Program-made: the position numbers and the translations under genes
From: a virus
Length of the DNA stretch: 64,000 nucleotides
IMG/VR virus record: IMGVR_UViG_3300031578_000005
Span: 32,001-96,000 of that record
Strand: one strand, 5' to 3'
Shown: positions 1 to 11,209 of the stretch, in pieces
Position numbering within the stretch: position 1 is the first letter of the stretch
Layout: every line of letters begins with the position of its first letter
Notes under the pieces: model-generated
Told to the model about the DNA's origin: nothing
The model's input: only the letters and a program-made list of their open reading frames with translations
The model's database searches: none

Positions 1-162
1 TTCAGTAATATTTTTGTTGATTTTAAAGACGATGAAAAGAACATTGAAAAAATGGAAGCAATAAAAAACAAATATGGTTCATTTTTTATGTTTTTTAATA
101 ATAGTGATGAAGGTATAGATTTCTGGAAGAACAATCCAATTACGATAGTACCAAAGGTTTAA
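1..162 (+). CDS. partial hypothetical protein (5' truncated by window)
   Basis: frame 1 open from base 1 to TAA at 160-162. Confidence 0.5.
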   Translation, partial: FSNIFVDFKDDEKNIEKMEAIKNKYGSFFMFFNNSDEGIDFWKNNPITIVPKV

Positions 163-235
163 TTAACCATAACGTAAATAATATGGCAAGTTTGCCAACC
201 AAATAAGTAGAAACTTTAATAAAATATACAAAATT

Positions 236-469
236 ATGATTACATGTAAAGAAAGAAAAAAGAGAAGCAAATTTGCTATATTTAGTGTTAGCAACAGGTT
301 TGTTATTAAGGACTTGAATGAAGAGCAGTGGTATGTTCGCACGTATAAAGGACATAAACCACCGAACTTTGTTAGTTGCACTGGATATGCTAAAAAATAC
401 AAATTTAGATTAATTGCACAAATACGTGCGTGGTTACTTGGCAACTGTGTTGTTCAAACTTGTTGCTAA
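236..469 (+). CDS. hypothetical protein
   Basis: 77 aa ORF; no recognisable motif. Confidence 0.4.
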   Translation: MITCKERKKRSKFAIFSVSNRFVIKDLNEEQWYVRTYKGHKPPNFVSCTGYAKKYKFRLIAQIRAWLLGNCVVQTCC

Positions 470-566
470 CTACTCAATATAAACAACTGTCGTAACAGTC
501 TATAAATCAATGATTATGAAACAATCTTTGACGGACTTACTTATAAAGTATGTCAAAGATTAAGTA

Positions 567-2654
567 TTATTTAGTTCTTAATCCATCAAATAGCCATGAA
601 TTCGAAATATATGGATTTAATGGTGATGCACTTGATGGTGAAATTATCGGTCGGTTTTTTATTTCTTTTTTACTTCCAATTTCGGATATGTCATTATTTG
701 TTATAATTGCATTAAGCATTTTTTCTGTAATTCCTTTGCTTTGTTTAAATCTTGCCATATCGAAATTAATTACGAATAACCCCAATGATAACCCCATAAT
801 GGAATCATCATGAAATGAACGCTTATGATCTGCAACACGATTACCAGCAATTGTTACAAAGGTCTTTAATTCGTTTAGCAATCTGAATGACCTTATTATA
901 ATATCCTCTAGGTGGATTGCTCTTTGCATTTCAAGTAAAATTGATGCACGGTTATTGCCGATAAAAAATCCCGGAATTAAATCAACATTAACAATATTAC
1001 CATCAGACATAATTTTTTGACCTCTTTTTACATATCCTTGTAATCTGTCTCTACTTGGTTTATGTGTTACTTCGGCATAATGCAGATTCTCATATCCAAA
1101 TTCAAGCAATTTTTCAACAGTCTGAATACCATAACCCCCGGTGATATCAACAACACAATAAGCATCATTATATCTTTTTCCATATTGATATGCAATTTCG
1201 GCAAGCATTTGTGGTGTGACTTTACCATAATATTCTGCAACTTGCTCGACTTTATGTCGTTTTATTTTCACTTTTTTTGCTTTTTCATTTTTAATAACGA
1301 CCTTTTCTTCAATCGTTTCAACGGTTTTTAGAATATTAATTGTTGAATTATCTTCGCCATGTCCGGGTGATGCATCGATTGCCATGATATATGTTTCGCC
1401 AGCTAACACATCTTCCCAAACCCACATGTTTTTGTCAAGATATTCTTGTCTTATTGGTGGTTTAATTTCATTTTCCTCAATACGTTTTAAATATTCTTCG
1501 GCAATAAAATTATCACCAGACCCAAGAAATGAGCAAACAATTTCCTGTGCAATACGTTTCATATCACCATTTGCATTTTGGATTTGTATTTCAAACCAAG
1601 GCGAACTTGCCTCCCAACCATCATTAGCTAATTGAATTCTTTTCTCAGCAGACCAATTTTCATCAGGTAATCTTATTTCATTATTTTTATTTTTATTTTT
1701 TAACCAAACCAAGTTTTTATTATATCTAGGATCATTATACCACCACAATTCGACTGCTTTGAATGTATTTTTTGGATTACCATTTTCATCCAATTCTCTT
1801 GCACCCATAAATGTTTTATAAAAAACCGGGTCCAATCCATTTGGCGTTGACACCATAATTGCTGAACCACCGGTTTGCAGTGTTGGAAATGCAGCCGTCC
1901 AGAATTTATCACCCTTTTCCGTCCAAGCAGTTTCGTCCCAAAATAATAATGTTGGGGTTGTACCACGCAAACCACCCTTAGCTGAAAATGCTCCCAATGC
2001 GGAGCCATTATCATATCGTTTTAGTTTTTGTGTATCTTTAAAATTTTGTTCAGATTCTTTACCAGTTTTGGGACGTAGCCATGTAGGACAGTTATTAATG
2101 AATTCAACAACATCATTCATTAATTCATCACGTGCAGTATCTAATCTATCAGCAACAATCGCAACAGTACGATTAGAATTAAACATCACATACCAAGCAA
2201 TATATGCACAAGTTGTTGTACTTACCCCTGCTTGCCTGTATTTATTAGCAATAAGAAATCTATTCTGGGGATTATGATAATTATTGATTAAATCTTTTTG
2301 TGATTCGAATAATTTAAATGGAACAATTAGACCTGCATTTCCTTGTGTTTGGTCAAAAATTGTTAAGTACGTTTCAATAAAATATATTGGATTTGCTGCA
2401 CAACGAATTATTTCATTTTCTTGCTCAATATATGTTAATTTACTTGCTTGCTTAACAACACCTGATTTGGTAACAATAATCGGTTCGACTTTAGCAGATT
2501 TTTTTCTAAGTTCAGCATATAGCTTTCTCGCAGATTCTTTTTCACGTTCCCTTAATATATCAATTGGAACAACTGGTGCATGTTCAGGAACTAATGATTC
2601 TAATTTTTCAATTTTTTCTCTTTCCTTTTCTTCGTCACTTAAATATCTTCTCAT
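567..2654 (-). CDS. terL: terminase large subunit (T4 gp17-like)
   Basis: Walker A KYRQAGVST, Walker B LFWDETAW, STPNG motif, RNase H-like nuclease IDAS...DNS...HDD; ACTATTTATGC upstream. Confidence 0.93.
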   Translation of the reverse strand: MRRYLSDEEKEREKIEKLESLVPEHAPVVPIDILREREKESARKLYAELRKKSAKVEPIIVTKSGVVKQASKLTYIEQENEIIRCAANPIYFIETYLTIFDQTQGNAGLIVPFKLFESQKDLINNYHNPQNRFLIANKYRQAGVSTTTCAYIAWYVMFNSNRTVAIVADRLDTARDELMNDVVEFINNCPTWLRPKTGKESEQNFKDTQKLKRYDNGSALGAFSAKGGLRGTTPTLLFWDETAWTEKGDKFWTAAFPTLQTGGSAIMVSTPNGLDPVFYKTFMGARELDENGNPKNTFKAVELWWYNDPRYNKNLVWLKNKNKNNEIRLPDENWSAEKRIQLANDGWEASSPWFEIQIQNANGDMKRIAQEIVCSFLGSGDNFIAEEYLKRIEENEIKPPIRQEYLDKNMWVWEDVLAGETYIMAIDASPGHGEDNSTINILKTVETIEEKVVIKNEKAKKVKIKRHKVEQVAEYYGKVTPQMLAEIAYQYGKRYNDAYCVVDITGGYGIQTVEKLLEFGYENLHYAEVTHKPSRDRLQGYVKRGQKIMSDGNIVNVDLIPGFFIGNNRASILLEMQRAIHLEDIIIRSFRLLNELKTFVTIAGNRVADHKRSFHDDSIMGLSLGLFVINFDMARFKQSKGITEKMLNAIITNNDISEIGSKKEIKNRPIISPSSASPLNPYISNSWLFDGLRTK

Positions 2655-2744
2655 TAAATAGATATGTATTTAAGCATAAATAGTTGGGTTTGGAAAAATC
2701 TTGCTTAATTAAAATTTAAACAGTACATTTACAAAAAAATTGTT

Positions 2745-3053
2745 ATGATAGGAAAATACAAAGTCATCACACTATGCGGTAGTACAAAATTCAAAGAACA
2801 ATTTCTAGTTGAACAAAAACGTTTAACACTTGAAGGAAATATAGTAATAAGCGTTGGGTTATTTGGACACAGTGGTGATGACGAAGTTTGGACCGAAAAT
2901 ACTAAAGAAATGCTTGATGAGATGCATAAAAGAAAAATTGATTTGGCTGATGAAATTTTTGTAATAAACGTTGATGGCTATATTGGCTCATCAACAAAAG
3001 GTGAAATTGAGTATGCCGAACATACGAATAAAATTGTGAGATATTTGTGTTAA
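2745..3053 (+). CDS. small Rossmann-like conserved protein (ITLCGSTKF family)
   Basis: ITLCGSTKF...HKRKIDLADEIFVIN..GYIGSST..EIEYA pattern. Confidence 0.7.
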   Translation: MIGKYKVITLCGSTKFKEQFLVEQKRLTLEGNIVISVGLFGHSGDDEVWTENTKEMLDEMHKRKIDLADEIFVINVDGYIGSSTKGEIEYAEHTNKIVRYLC

Positions 3054-3169
3054 AAAAGACTGAATTTAACTGGGTCAGTGATGAATCAAGCACGCTCAGG
3101 CAATTATACGGTAATGTTTATAAAATCTAATACAGGATTTAAATACAAGCCCGTTCGAACAAAAGGTTC

Positions 3170-3661
3170 TTAAAACTTTATTGACGCAGCCTCAATAAAT
3201 TTATTATTTTTTAATATTATCTTCTTTGTGCTTAAAATATCTTTAATTTTTCCCAATGTCATGCCATAATGAAACACTAACAATGGTGAGTCATCATCAT
3301 CATTATGTTCGAACATCTTATCATAATCACTAACACCATTTGCATTGATTCCATCAGAATTCTCATCCTCATACGCCAAAGCGTGAATTGTATAATATCC
3401 ATGCATATATGGTCTATCAACAGCCTCATGCAAACAGAATAAATTAAATGATCGTGTTTTTAACTCAATAATTGCATTAATATAATCTTCATCGGGAGGC
3501 AAGGCATTATCACAAGCAGGAGATAAATCCCAACACCAGTTATCCATATCAATATTTGTTGGATCAAGTGAAAATATGAATTCATATAGTCCATCACCAA
3601 CAGTATTGTAACCGATTTTCTTTACAAAAATTAGTTTTAATTTATTGTCATCATATTCCAT
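3170..3661 (-). CDS. conserved phage hypothetical protein
   Basis: 163 aa ORF with AGTATTTATG late motif upstream. Confidence 0.75.
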   Translation of the reverse strand: MEYDDNKLKLIFVKKIGYNTVGDGLYEFIFSLDPTNIDMDNWCWDLSPACDNALPPDEDYINAIIELKTRSFNLFCLHEAVDRPYMHGYYTIHALAYEDENSDGINANGVSDYDKMFEHNDDDDSPLLVFHYGMTLGKIKDILSTKKIILKNNKFIEAASIKF

Positions 3662-3692
3662 ATTAACGTTTACGCATAAATACTATACTTAA

Positions 3693-4109
3693 TTAATTTT
3701 TATTTCCTTGGATTCCAGATATTTTGTATATCTCACCTAAAGTAATTGTTAATGAAAAGTCATATAATTTTATTTGGCGATTTAATTTTCTTTTTAAAAG
3801 ATACGTAATTATTTTGAATATAATTGAAACCAATAAAAACACCAGTGATAATAATTTATATTTAAATAAAATTGCACTTAATAAAATCGTTAATATCGAA
3901 AAATAATTTAGGCTATTCCTCCAACTTAAAATTACATTTAAAAAATCATCATAATAAAAAATAATCATTCTTTTAAATTTGAACCAATCACAATTAATGT
4001 TGTTATTTTCATCATCCTGTACAATCGAAAACATCTCCAATTCTTTTTTCTTTGAGCCACCAATATAAGTTCTCATGAACTTATAATTAGAAAATGTTCG
4101 ATTAATCAT
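3693..4109 (-). CDS. hypothetical membrane protein
   Basis: two hydrophobic segments; TGTAAC-N16-CGTA promoter at 4128-4156 (minus). Confidence 0.65.
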   Translation of the reverse strand: MINRTFSNYKFMRTYIGGSKKKELEMFSIVQDDENNNINCDWFKFKRMIIFYYDDFLNVILSWRNSLNYFSILTILLSAILFKYKLLSLVFLLVSIIFKIITYLLKRKLNRQIKLYDFSLTITLGEIYKISGIQGNKN

Positions 4110-4155
4110 ATTAAATAGTTTTAAGTTAATACGTTAATATCTATGTTAATGTTAC

Positions 4156-4185
4156 AAAAAAAACTCGAAATATTTCGAGTTTTTT
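4156..4185. terminator. bidirectional intrinsic terminator
   Basis: AAAAAACTCGAAA-TA-TTTCGAGTTTTTT hairpin. Confidence 0.8.
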
Positions 4186-4187
4186 AT

Positions 4188-4526
4188 CTAAAATCCACCA
4201 AAACTATTCATTCCTCCTGTGCCTTTGCCACGCATTGGACTTACAATTGCCTTATTTTGAACTTCGGGTGATGCGTATTGTAATCTTCCGTCCTTACCAA
4301 TTCTTAATGTGCCACCATTATTTTCAACATATAATTTAACCAAGTCATATTTACTTTCAATGGGTGTACTACTTGCAGCTTTTTTGATTGCCCCCCAATT
4401 ATTGAGAATTTCCCTAAATGCTTTGTTAAATAACTCCTCAATACCTTTAGCGTCATCGGGTCTTAAACTTTTAAATTTTTCTGCAACACTTAACCCAAAA
4501 ATTTCGTTCAGTTCACTTTTTTTTTT
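4188..4526 (-). CDS. C-terminal extension of the 806 aa protein in the -1 frame (no own start codon)
   Basis: open frame KKKSELNEIFGLSVAEKF...GGMNSFGGF* starting at A10 run 4517-4526; terminator right after its stop. Confidence 0.6.
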   Translation of the reverse strand, partial: KKKSELNEIFGLSVAEKFKSLRPDDAKGIEELFNKAFREILNNWGAIKKAASSTPIESKYDLVKLYVENNGGTLRIGKDGRLQYASPEVQNKAIVSPMRGKGTGGMNSFGGF

Positions 4527-6928
4527 AATGTTACTCCCTCAAATAACTTATATTGATTGTCAATCATTGCATCTAATTTTTTTAATGCATCAGACTTTTT
4601 GCTTTCAGTTAATATTGGTTTTCTCAACCCCGCATGTTCTTCAAGTCTATTGTGAATGTATTTTCTAACCTTAAGTTCACTTTCAGTCATTTGTTTCTTA
4701 TTATTTTCAACACCTTCTTTTTTCATGTTTTTCCACATAGCAGCTGCGGCCACTTTTTCACCAGCTTCTTTACTGCCATATTCTTTTTCAGCTTTTTTTG
4801 CTACCTTTTCAAACCCCTTGCCCTTTTTTCCAATATCTTCACCAGCCTTAGCCTTTTTTACCACTTCGCTTTTCTTCTCTTTTGATAAACCAGCAGATGG
4901 TTTTTCTTCATTAACAACTTTAGCACCTTTCATGATGGGGACTTTATTTCCACCCTTCGTTTCATTCACCAAAGCATTTAATGTTTCACGTAATTTCTGA
5001 ACCACTTCATTTACTGAAATATTAACGGTCTTACTTTGACCATCAACATTTATGTCAATTCCAGTTGTTGGTGCACCATCAGGTTTAACAACACCTCCAC
5101 CCAATGATTGTGCTTCTGGAGCAAAATCGAATTCATTATTATCTTCAGTATCTGTTTCCTCGGTATTATCAATATCCAAATCTTCACCTTCGGGTTCTTC
5201 TTCTTCTTTAATTGCTTTTACCGGGACGTTTGTGCTGAGTTTTTTTCCAGTTTTTTCAGGAATCTTAATTTCTTCAAGCTGTTCCATATTGGGTTGAGTT
5301 TCAATATTTGCGGGATCAACGCCTTCGGCTTTATATTTGGACAAATCAACACCTCCACCCGTTTTTCTAAGCTGATTTGACATAGTTTGTAATAAACTCC
5401 CAACATTTATTGGTTCTTGTCCTGCTTTAGCTGCACCAGCATTTGCAGCGGCAATTTGATTAACTAAATTACCTGCCATTGCTTGAATTTTATCTAGAGA
5501 TGCGTTTCTTTTTTTAATGCCGCTTTTAATATCTTGTGTTTGACTACCAGCTTGATATGCTTGTTTACCTCTTTCAACGGCATTACCAACACCTGTACTA
5601 ACATTCTTAGCAGCATTACCAACAGCATTACCAATACCCGTACCAGCTTTCTTAATGCTACCAAGAGCTGCTTTTCCCAAACCCGCTAATCCACCACCCC
5701 AAGCTTCATCAATTTTTGCATGAATATCCTCTTCGGTTGATTCATCCATTGAGTTAACTTCGGGTTCTAATTCGTTAGCATAATCGTCATGGCCATATTC
5801 ATTTTTTAGGATATCTAATACTTGTGGCATGAGTTTAATAAATAATGCAACAGTCTTATGATCCCCATCATTTTCACCTTCGCCATATGCATTAGCATAC
5901 CCACTAACCAAATTACCCATTTCTTCTTCACCACATTCCATTAAAGATTCTTTAGAATAACCTCTAGATTCAGCATATTTTGCAAAGCCACCGCATTCAG
6001 AGCATTGCCCCTCTGCCATTTCTTCATTACCTGCGGTATCTTCAACATTTTGTCCTAAACCTTCAATGTCTTCATCAGGAACTACTTTAGTAATTTTATC
6101 AGCCATTGCTTTTCTATCTTCAACTTCAACATCAGGAAATTTATCCTTGAATGCTGATAAAAATGTATTCACATATGACTTAACTTGAGAATCGGTTAAT
6201 TCTGTTTTTCTTAATTTATTGGTTAATTTTCCCAATGACTTTTCAATTTCTTCTGTCGTAATATCTTTATTTTCTTCACCCTCTGGATTAGGCATCTCTT
6301 CTTCGCCATCATCAGATGGTAATTCATCAGTAGGCATCTCTTCTTCGCCATCATCAGATGGTAATTCATCAGTAGGCATTTCTTCCCCACCCTCTGGACT
6401 AGGCATTTCTTCGCCACCATCAGATGGTAATTCATCAGTAGGCATTTCTTCCCCACCCTCTGGCGATGGTTGATTTACAGGCATTTCAGCAGCACTGGTT
6501 GCAGCGTCCAAATCACCTAATTTATTTTCGGCATTTTCGATTTCTTTACCCGCAACGTCTTCATTTAATCTTTTTTTACTACCAGTTTTACTTGGCTTAT
6601 TTACGATTGCCTCATTTATTGAGTGAAACATCATATTTCGTTGTTTATCTGCTTCAGCTAATGACTTATACTGAAAATTCGTTATATTTGCTAATCCACC
6701 AACATATGCAAAGTCTGAAATATTTGGGTCTTGTTTTAAACCAGCTATTTTAACATAATAATTATGATTTTCTTTAATGATACCATAGGCAACACCATTT
6801 GCTGCTCTTTTATAATCAATTAAAGTACCATTTGTACGATTTTGAGATTCTTTCGTTATTTTTTTATTGACTTCAGCTAACGTTCTCATTCTTTCGTAAT
6901 GTGCTTCTTCTGATATATGTCTTTTCAT
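4508..6928 (-). CDS. large acidic protein, probable head/scaffold-like virion protein
   Basis: E/D-rich, many (L/I/V)xE motifs, EEMPTDELPSD repeats; late motif at ~6971. Confidence 0.7.
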   Translation of the reverse strand: MKRHISEEAHYERMRTLAEVNKKITKESQNRTNGTLIDYKRAANGVAYGIIKENHNYYVKIAGLKQDPNISDFAYVGGLANITNFQYKSLAEADKQRNMMFHSINEAIVNKPSKTGSKKRLNEDVAGKEIENAENKLGDLDAATSAAEMPVNQPSPEGGEEMPTDELPSDGGEEMPSPEGGEEMPTDELPSDDGEEEMPTDELPSDDGEEEMPNPEGEENKDITTEEIEKSLGKLTNKLRKTELTDSQVKSYVNTFLSAFKDKFPDVEVEDRKAMADKITKVVPDEDIEGLGQNVEDTAGNEEMAEGQCSECGGFAKYAESRGYSKESLMECGEEEMGNLVSGYANAYGEGENDGDHKTVALFIKLMPQVLDILKNEYGHDDYANELEPEVNSMDESTEEDIHAKIDEAWGGGLAGLGKAALGSIKKAGTGIGNAVGNAAKNVSTGVGNAVERGKQAYQAGSQTQDIKSGIKKRNASLDKIQAMAGNLVNQIAAANAGAAKAGQEPINVGSLLQTMSNQLRKTGGGVDLSKYKAEGVDPANIETQPNMEQLEEIKIPEKTGKKLSTNVPVKAIKEEEEPEGEDLDIDNTEETDTEDNNEFDFAPEAQSLGGGVVKPDGAPTTGIDINVDGQSKTVNISVNEVVQKLRETLNALVNETKGGNKVPIMKGAKVVNEEKPSAGLSKEKKSEVVKKAKAGEDIGKKGKGFEKVAKKAEKEYGSKEAGEKVAAAAMWKNMKKEGVENNKKQMTESELKVRKYIHNRLEEHAGLRKPILTESKKSDALKKLDAMIDNQYKLFEGVTLKKKVN
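6278..6465 (-). repeat. coding tandem repeats (EEMPTDELPSD / EEMPSPEGG)
   Basis: three near-identical CATCAGATGGTAATTCATCAGTAGGCAT units. Confidence 0.85.
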
Positions 6929-7006
6929 TTGAATATTTTTTATTTGCTAATTATTTACGTTATATTTTTTTATAAATACTTATGTAACAACAAAAGGGTT
7001 GATACA

Positions 7007-7255
7007 TTAAATTATTTCTTGTTTTTCATTAATGATTTTATTTTTAATTAACATTTCATTAATTTCAGTTGTTATTAAATTTTTTCTAAAATAATCATTA
7101 ATAACTGATTGATTTACATTTTTTAATGAAACATTTTCATTTAAATTTTTGACATTTTTATGCAATGCCTCTAATATGTCATAATAAATTCTTTCTAATT
7201 TTTTATTATTAACATATTCAATTAATTGTTCTTTTTTCACTATAAATCTTTTCAT
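7007..7255 (-). CDS. hypothetical protein
   Basis: 82 aa ORF in late minus-strand operon. Confidence 0.65.
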   Translation of the reverse strand: MKRFIVKKEQLIEYVNNKKLERIYYDILEALHKNVKNLNENVSLKNVNQSVINDYFRKNLITTEINEMLIKNKIINEKQEII

Positions 7256-7258
7256 AAA

Positions 7259-8071
7259 CTAAATAGCAAATTCATCTAAACTTAATTCCTTCGTCAAATA
7301 ATTATTTTTCATTTGCATTAATTTCTCAAGATATCCTGAATTTCTTAAAATTTTAAATACTAAATTTTCAATTGAATATTCACCACCATTATCTAATCCA
7401 GATTGTCGATATTTTTTAATTTTATTTTTCAATGCCTCATATTTTTCAATGAAATCCTTTTTATTTTTATTATTAGTTAAATCATCAATAGCATTCATGA
7501 GATCAGCAGTTTTTAATTGTACTGCACTTGTATTAATATTTATTATTTTTTTGGTTGGCTTAATTACCCAATCATTTTTAATTAAAGAATATGTACCAGA
7601 TGAATGATGTAACTCATTAATGTCTTGAAAATACATTTCTACCTCATGTCCTTTTACTTGGATGGGCAAATTATTAGCCCATAATTGTTTTTTTAATTTT
7701 AAAAAATCACCAACAAATTCCGTATTTATTGAAATTTGACTAAAATCTGTAATAATGTGAACATCCAAATCAGAGTTTTCATTATAATTATAATTAGCCA
7801 AGCTTCCTGTCAAAATAATATCGTTAAATTTAAGCATTTCAACATCACAAAATTCTATAAATCTTTTTGCATTCATTAATAATATTTTTCGGATTTCTGG
7901 TTTTAATTTCATATTATTATCCCATATAAATGGACTTAGCTCATCGTGTATTTGAATAGACGATGTATTAACGTCATCAGGCTCAACGACTTCTTTTAAA
8001 ACATCCGAGATATTATTTTTTGCCCAAAATCTACTTGACCATGAACGTGGTTTTTTATTGTCTTCAATCAT
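7259..8071 (-). CDS. nucleotidyltransferase-fold protein (pol beta superfamily)
   Basis: ILTGSLANYNY..NSDLDVH (GS...DxD) motif. Confidence 0.75.
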   Translation of the reverse strand: MIEDNKKPRSWSSRFWAKNNISDVLKEVVEPDDVNTSSIQIHDELSPFIWDNNMKLKPEIRKILLMNAKRFIEFCDVEMLKFNDIILTGSLANYNYNENSDLDVHIITDFSQISINTEFVGDFLKLKKQLWANNLPIQVKGHEVEMYFQDINELHHSSGTYSLIKNDWVIKPTKKIININTSAVQLKTADLMNAIDDLTNNKNKKDFIEKYEALKNKIKKYRQSGLDNGGEYSIENLVFKILRNSGYLEKLMQMKNNYLTKELSLDEFAI

Positions 8072-8075
8072 AACA

Positions 8076-8507
8076 TTATTTACCTACTTTAGCTATATCA
8101 ACAACAGGTATTTTAGGTTTTGATTCATTTGTTGTTACATCTTTTTTTGATTTATCAACATTATCCTTATCATCTTCGTTTTCTGAATCATCTTCATCTG
8201 TTTTCTTTTCGAAATTCCATTTTTTTCTCTCACTAATTTCGACCTCAGTGCTTTCACCAGAGTCTTCACTTGGAATTTCCTCAGATTCTTCACCATGTAT
8301 CATAGAATATAATTCGTCAACCTTATTTTTTAGTTCTTCGTATTTTTCTTCAACTGATTGTTCTTCAGCAGGTGACTCATCACCAGTTTCAACAGGTAAA
8401 TTCTCTGTGTTATTTAGTTCTTCAAAATCTTCGTTTAATTTAGGTTTAAATGTTTTATCCAACCTGCCCATAACTTCAAAAAGTCTTACTCTACTGTCTT
8501 TTTTCAT
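8076..8507 (-). CDS. acidic hypothetical protein
   Basis: 143 aa; late motif at ~8522. Confidence 0.7.
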   Translation of the reverse strand: MKKDSRVRLFEVMGRLDKTFKPKLNEDFEELNNTENLPVETGDESPAEEQSVEEKYEELKNKVDELYSMIHGEESEEIPSEDSGESTEVEISERKKWNFEKKTDEDDSENEDDKDNVDKSKKDVTTNESKPKIPVVDIAKVGK

Positions 8508-8642
8508 ATTTTTTGTTTTTATATAAATACATATTATTTTAAATCGTACATTTTTAATTTTTGTACAATTTCATCATTATTTAATAAATACTTAGTTATA
8601 TTCAAATGGATTTAGTATTTATAATTAAAATCTTAGTGTAAA

Positions 8643-10643
8643 ATGAATTTAGACTGTTTAAATAACATAATAACAACCAACCTAGCTGTTCAAATAGATA
8701 TTAGTAAATTAAAATCATGGAATTTGAATGCTGATTTAACCACGTTTAGCATAACAAAATGGAATGATGCTGTTTCTGATAACATCAACTTAATTGATTT
8801 TGGATTAACTGCTTTTGATAATGGTAGAACAAATATTATGTGGAGCGGAATCACACTAACACCACAAGATAATTTATTTTCAATGTATCGTGTTGGCTAT
8901 AATGACGTATATAACCCAATAAACACTGAAACTAGTGGAATTACGGCAATTACACAATACTTGCCAATTAGTGCAATTACAACAAGTACGGCAGGAAATT
9001 ATTTTGATTTAAATGGTGGATATTTGCAAGGATTTTTTAAATTAAATGGGTATAACTATGAATTATTACCATCAAGGTATAATGACGGAATTACAATTGA
9101 AACATTGTTATATCTATACCCAAATTCTAGTGGGATTTTTTATATGATGGGAGCACGTGCTGAAGATAAATATAATCCATATTTTAGTGGGGAAATTATT
9201 ACCGGTAATACTACAATTGGTGTTGTGAGTAGTTCTGATAATTATTTGGATGCAATAATTTCATCTGAGATTTTAAAAGAAAGCTTTTCAACACCAGAAA
9301 ATAACACCAATACAATATATACAGAAACCGATCCAATTAATAACATAAAAAATAATGTAATTGCCTTTGAAATAACTACTGAAGGTAATCTTAGTTATAA
9401 ATATGTCGATGATAATGGCGTTATTGTTAATAATTCATCACTAAATATCATTACAGCAACAGGATTTACGTTAATATCAATAGTATTTACGCCTTATAGT
9501 AAAATAACTGATATTGATTTATTATATTGTACTAAACAAAGAAGAGGTGATTTAGTTTTTTATGTCAACGGTCGCACAATCTGGGCAGTAAAAGATTTTC
9601 CAGAGTTTTATTTTAAATCATTTACAAATAATAATGAAAAACAATTAGGTGTTCCATATTCAATTAGCTGGGGTGGTGGCAGCTTTGGACTACAAAATTC
9701 TTGGCACTATGATTATCAAACATATATTATATATAGTGGACAAAACAGTAATTATATTAATTCAAAATTTTTCGTAACGAACAATCCGTTACCAAATATA
9801 TGCCGAATAACATCAACTGGCGATACGTATCTATCGGGATTATCATTAAGTGCTAATTCAACAACATTTATTAAAACAGATACTTGTAACCCAACAGTTC
9901 AAATTCCTGTTACAGTAATGTGTATTAATTATACTGGTAGTACAGGGAACACATATTTTGTCAGATTTAACCAACCAATATCAGTTATCTCTAATAGGGA
10001 TTATACCGTTAATTTATCGGTATATAATAACAATTTTTTTATGGCTAATACTGATAATAAGTTATCAATCTTAGCTTATAGTAATACTGTTGATATTAAC
10101 GTTATTGACGATACTGAATATATGTACCCATTACCATATAATATAAATAATATTGATAGCGAACTACATAAATTTAATGATGCTCAGGAATATGAATATA
10201 TTTTAAATGGCGTAATGTATTATGGGGTATCTGGACTTGAGGTAACACAACAAAATTCGCTAATTCAAAATAGCGATACAATAATGGCAAATAATGATAC
10301 GTGGTTGCCAATGACAAGTATTTTTAGAAGTACTGAGAATAGCGGTCAAAATAATATATATTTGGGATTATTAATTGAAACTGATGGAATTTTTAATACT
10401 GGTGGAACCCTATATGTTAAAGACTTTACATATACAGCTGCGGATATTTTAGTTCAGGATGAAAGAAAAGATAATTTATTAATTGAACAAAATTTTAATA
10501 CAAGTTTTATTGGTGGTATTCAAAAACTTAGAATATATGATATGGCATTAACATCACCAGAGATATTGCATAACGCATTATTTGAGGCAAATTTAAACTC
10601 AGATGTTATTGTAAACAAAGGTGGAAGAATAATACATAGATAA
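8643..10643 (+). CDS. putative structural protein with LamG/concanavalin-like segments
   Basis: FYVNG...GGGS and FIGGIQKLRIYDMALTSPEI motifs; T/S/N-rich; late motif at 8615. Confidence 0.65.
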   Translation: MNLDCLNNIITTNLAVQIDISKLKSWNLNADLTTFSITKWNDAVSDNINLIDFGLTAFDNGRTNIMWSGITLTPQDNLFSMYRVGYNDVYNPINTETSGITAITQYLPISAITTSTAGNYFDLNGGYLQGFFKLNGYNYELLPSRYNDGITIETLLYLYPNSSGIFYMMGARAEDKYNPYFSGEIITGNTTIGVVSSSDNYLDAIISSEILKESFSTPENNTNTIYTETDPINNIKNNVIAFEITTEGNLSYKYVDDNGVIVNNSSLNIITATGFTLISIVFTPYSKITDIDLLYCTKQRRGDLVFYVNGRTIWAVKDFPEFYFKSFTNNNEKQLGVPYSISWGGGSFGLQNSWHYDYQTYIIYSGQNSNYINSKFFVTNNPLPNICRITSTGDTYLSGLSLSANSTTFIKTDTCNPTVQIPVTVMCINYTGSTGNTYFVRFNQPISVISNRDYTVNLSVYNNNFFMANTDNKLSILAYSNTVDINVIDDTEYMYPLPYNINNIDSELHKFNDAQEYEYILNGVMYYGVSGLEVTQQNSLIQNSDTIMANNDTWLPMTSIFRSTENSGQNNIYLGLLIETDGIFNTGGTLYVKDFTYTAADILVQDERKDNLLIEQNFNTSFIGGIQKLRIYDMALTSPEILHNALFEANLNSDVIVNKGGRIIHR

Positions 10644-10753
10644 CTTATGACAGAAGATCAATATTATGATTATTATGAAGATTATGATAATCTATTTCGT
10701 GAGATATTAGAGTTAATGATAAATAAATTCGATTAACAAAAATCAATCCTAAT

Positions 10754-11209
10754 ATGTATCAAAAGGCACTTAATGAATTTACCAGATATGGTGGTTTAAT
10801 GAATTATCCGACAAAATATGTCGAACAATGGAAGGATATTATTATTAACAATTTTATGTATCTGGATGTTATTACAATGTTTTTGGGCCATACTAGTTAT
10901 TTCGATGTTGATACTTTTAACGATGTCGTATTATACGATGATGGGAATGAAGATAATTATGTTCATGATTGGAACGATGCAATGGAATATATTGAAAAAA
11001 TGGGATATGATGATTTTTTAGATAACATCTTACCGCATTTCTCAAATGGTCAGGATTTAATTAGTGATTATGGTCTGGAACCACTAAGAAAAATAGTTGA
11101 AGAATTATATGGTGAAACCGATCCTAATAAAATATTGGTTTTAATTAATAGAGCATTAGATATTTCACATCAGAGATCGAATTTATCAGAATTATTTATT
11201 GAGGGTTAA
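10754..11209 (+). pseudogene. 5' part of a phage gene interrupted by an IS607-family element
   Basis: ends ...LFIEG at the IS junction; continues in frame at 15926; probable extra break near 10735 (upstream MTEDQYY... ORF from 10647). Confidence 0.75.

Noticed and set aside
550-6753. Plus-strand ORFs opposite terminase and the 806 aa gene
   Set aside because: Antisense shadows (S/F/L-rich) of real minus-strand genes.
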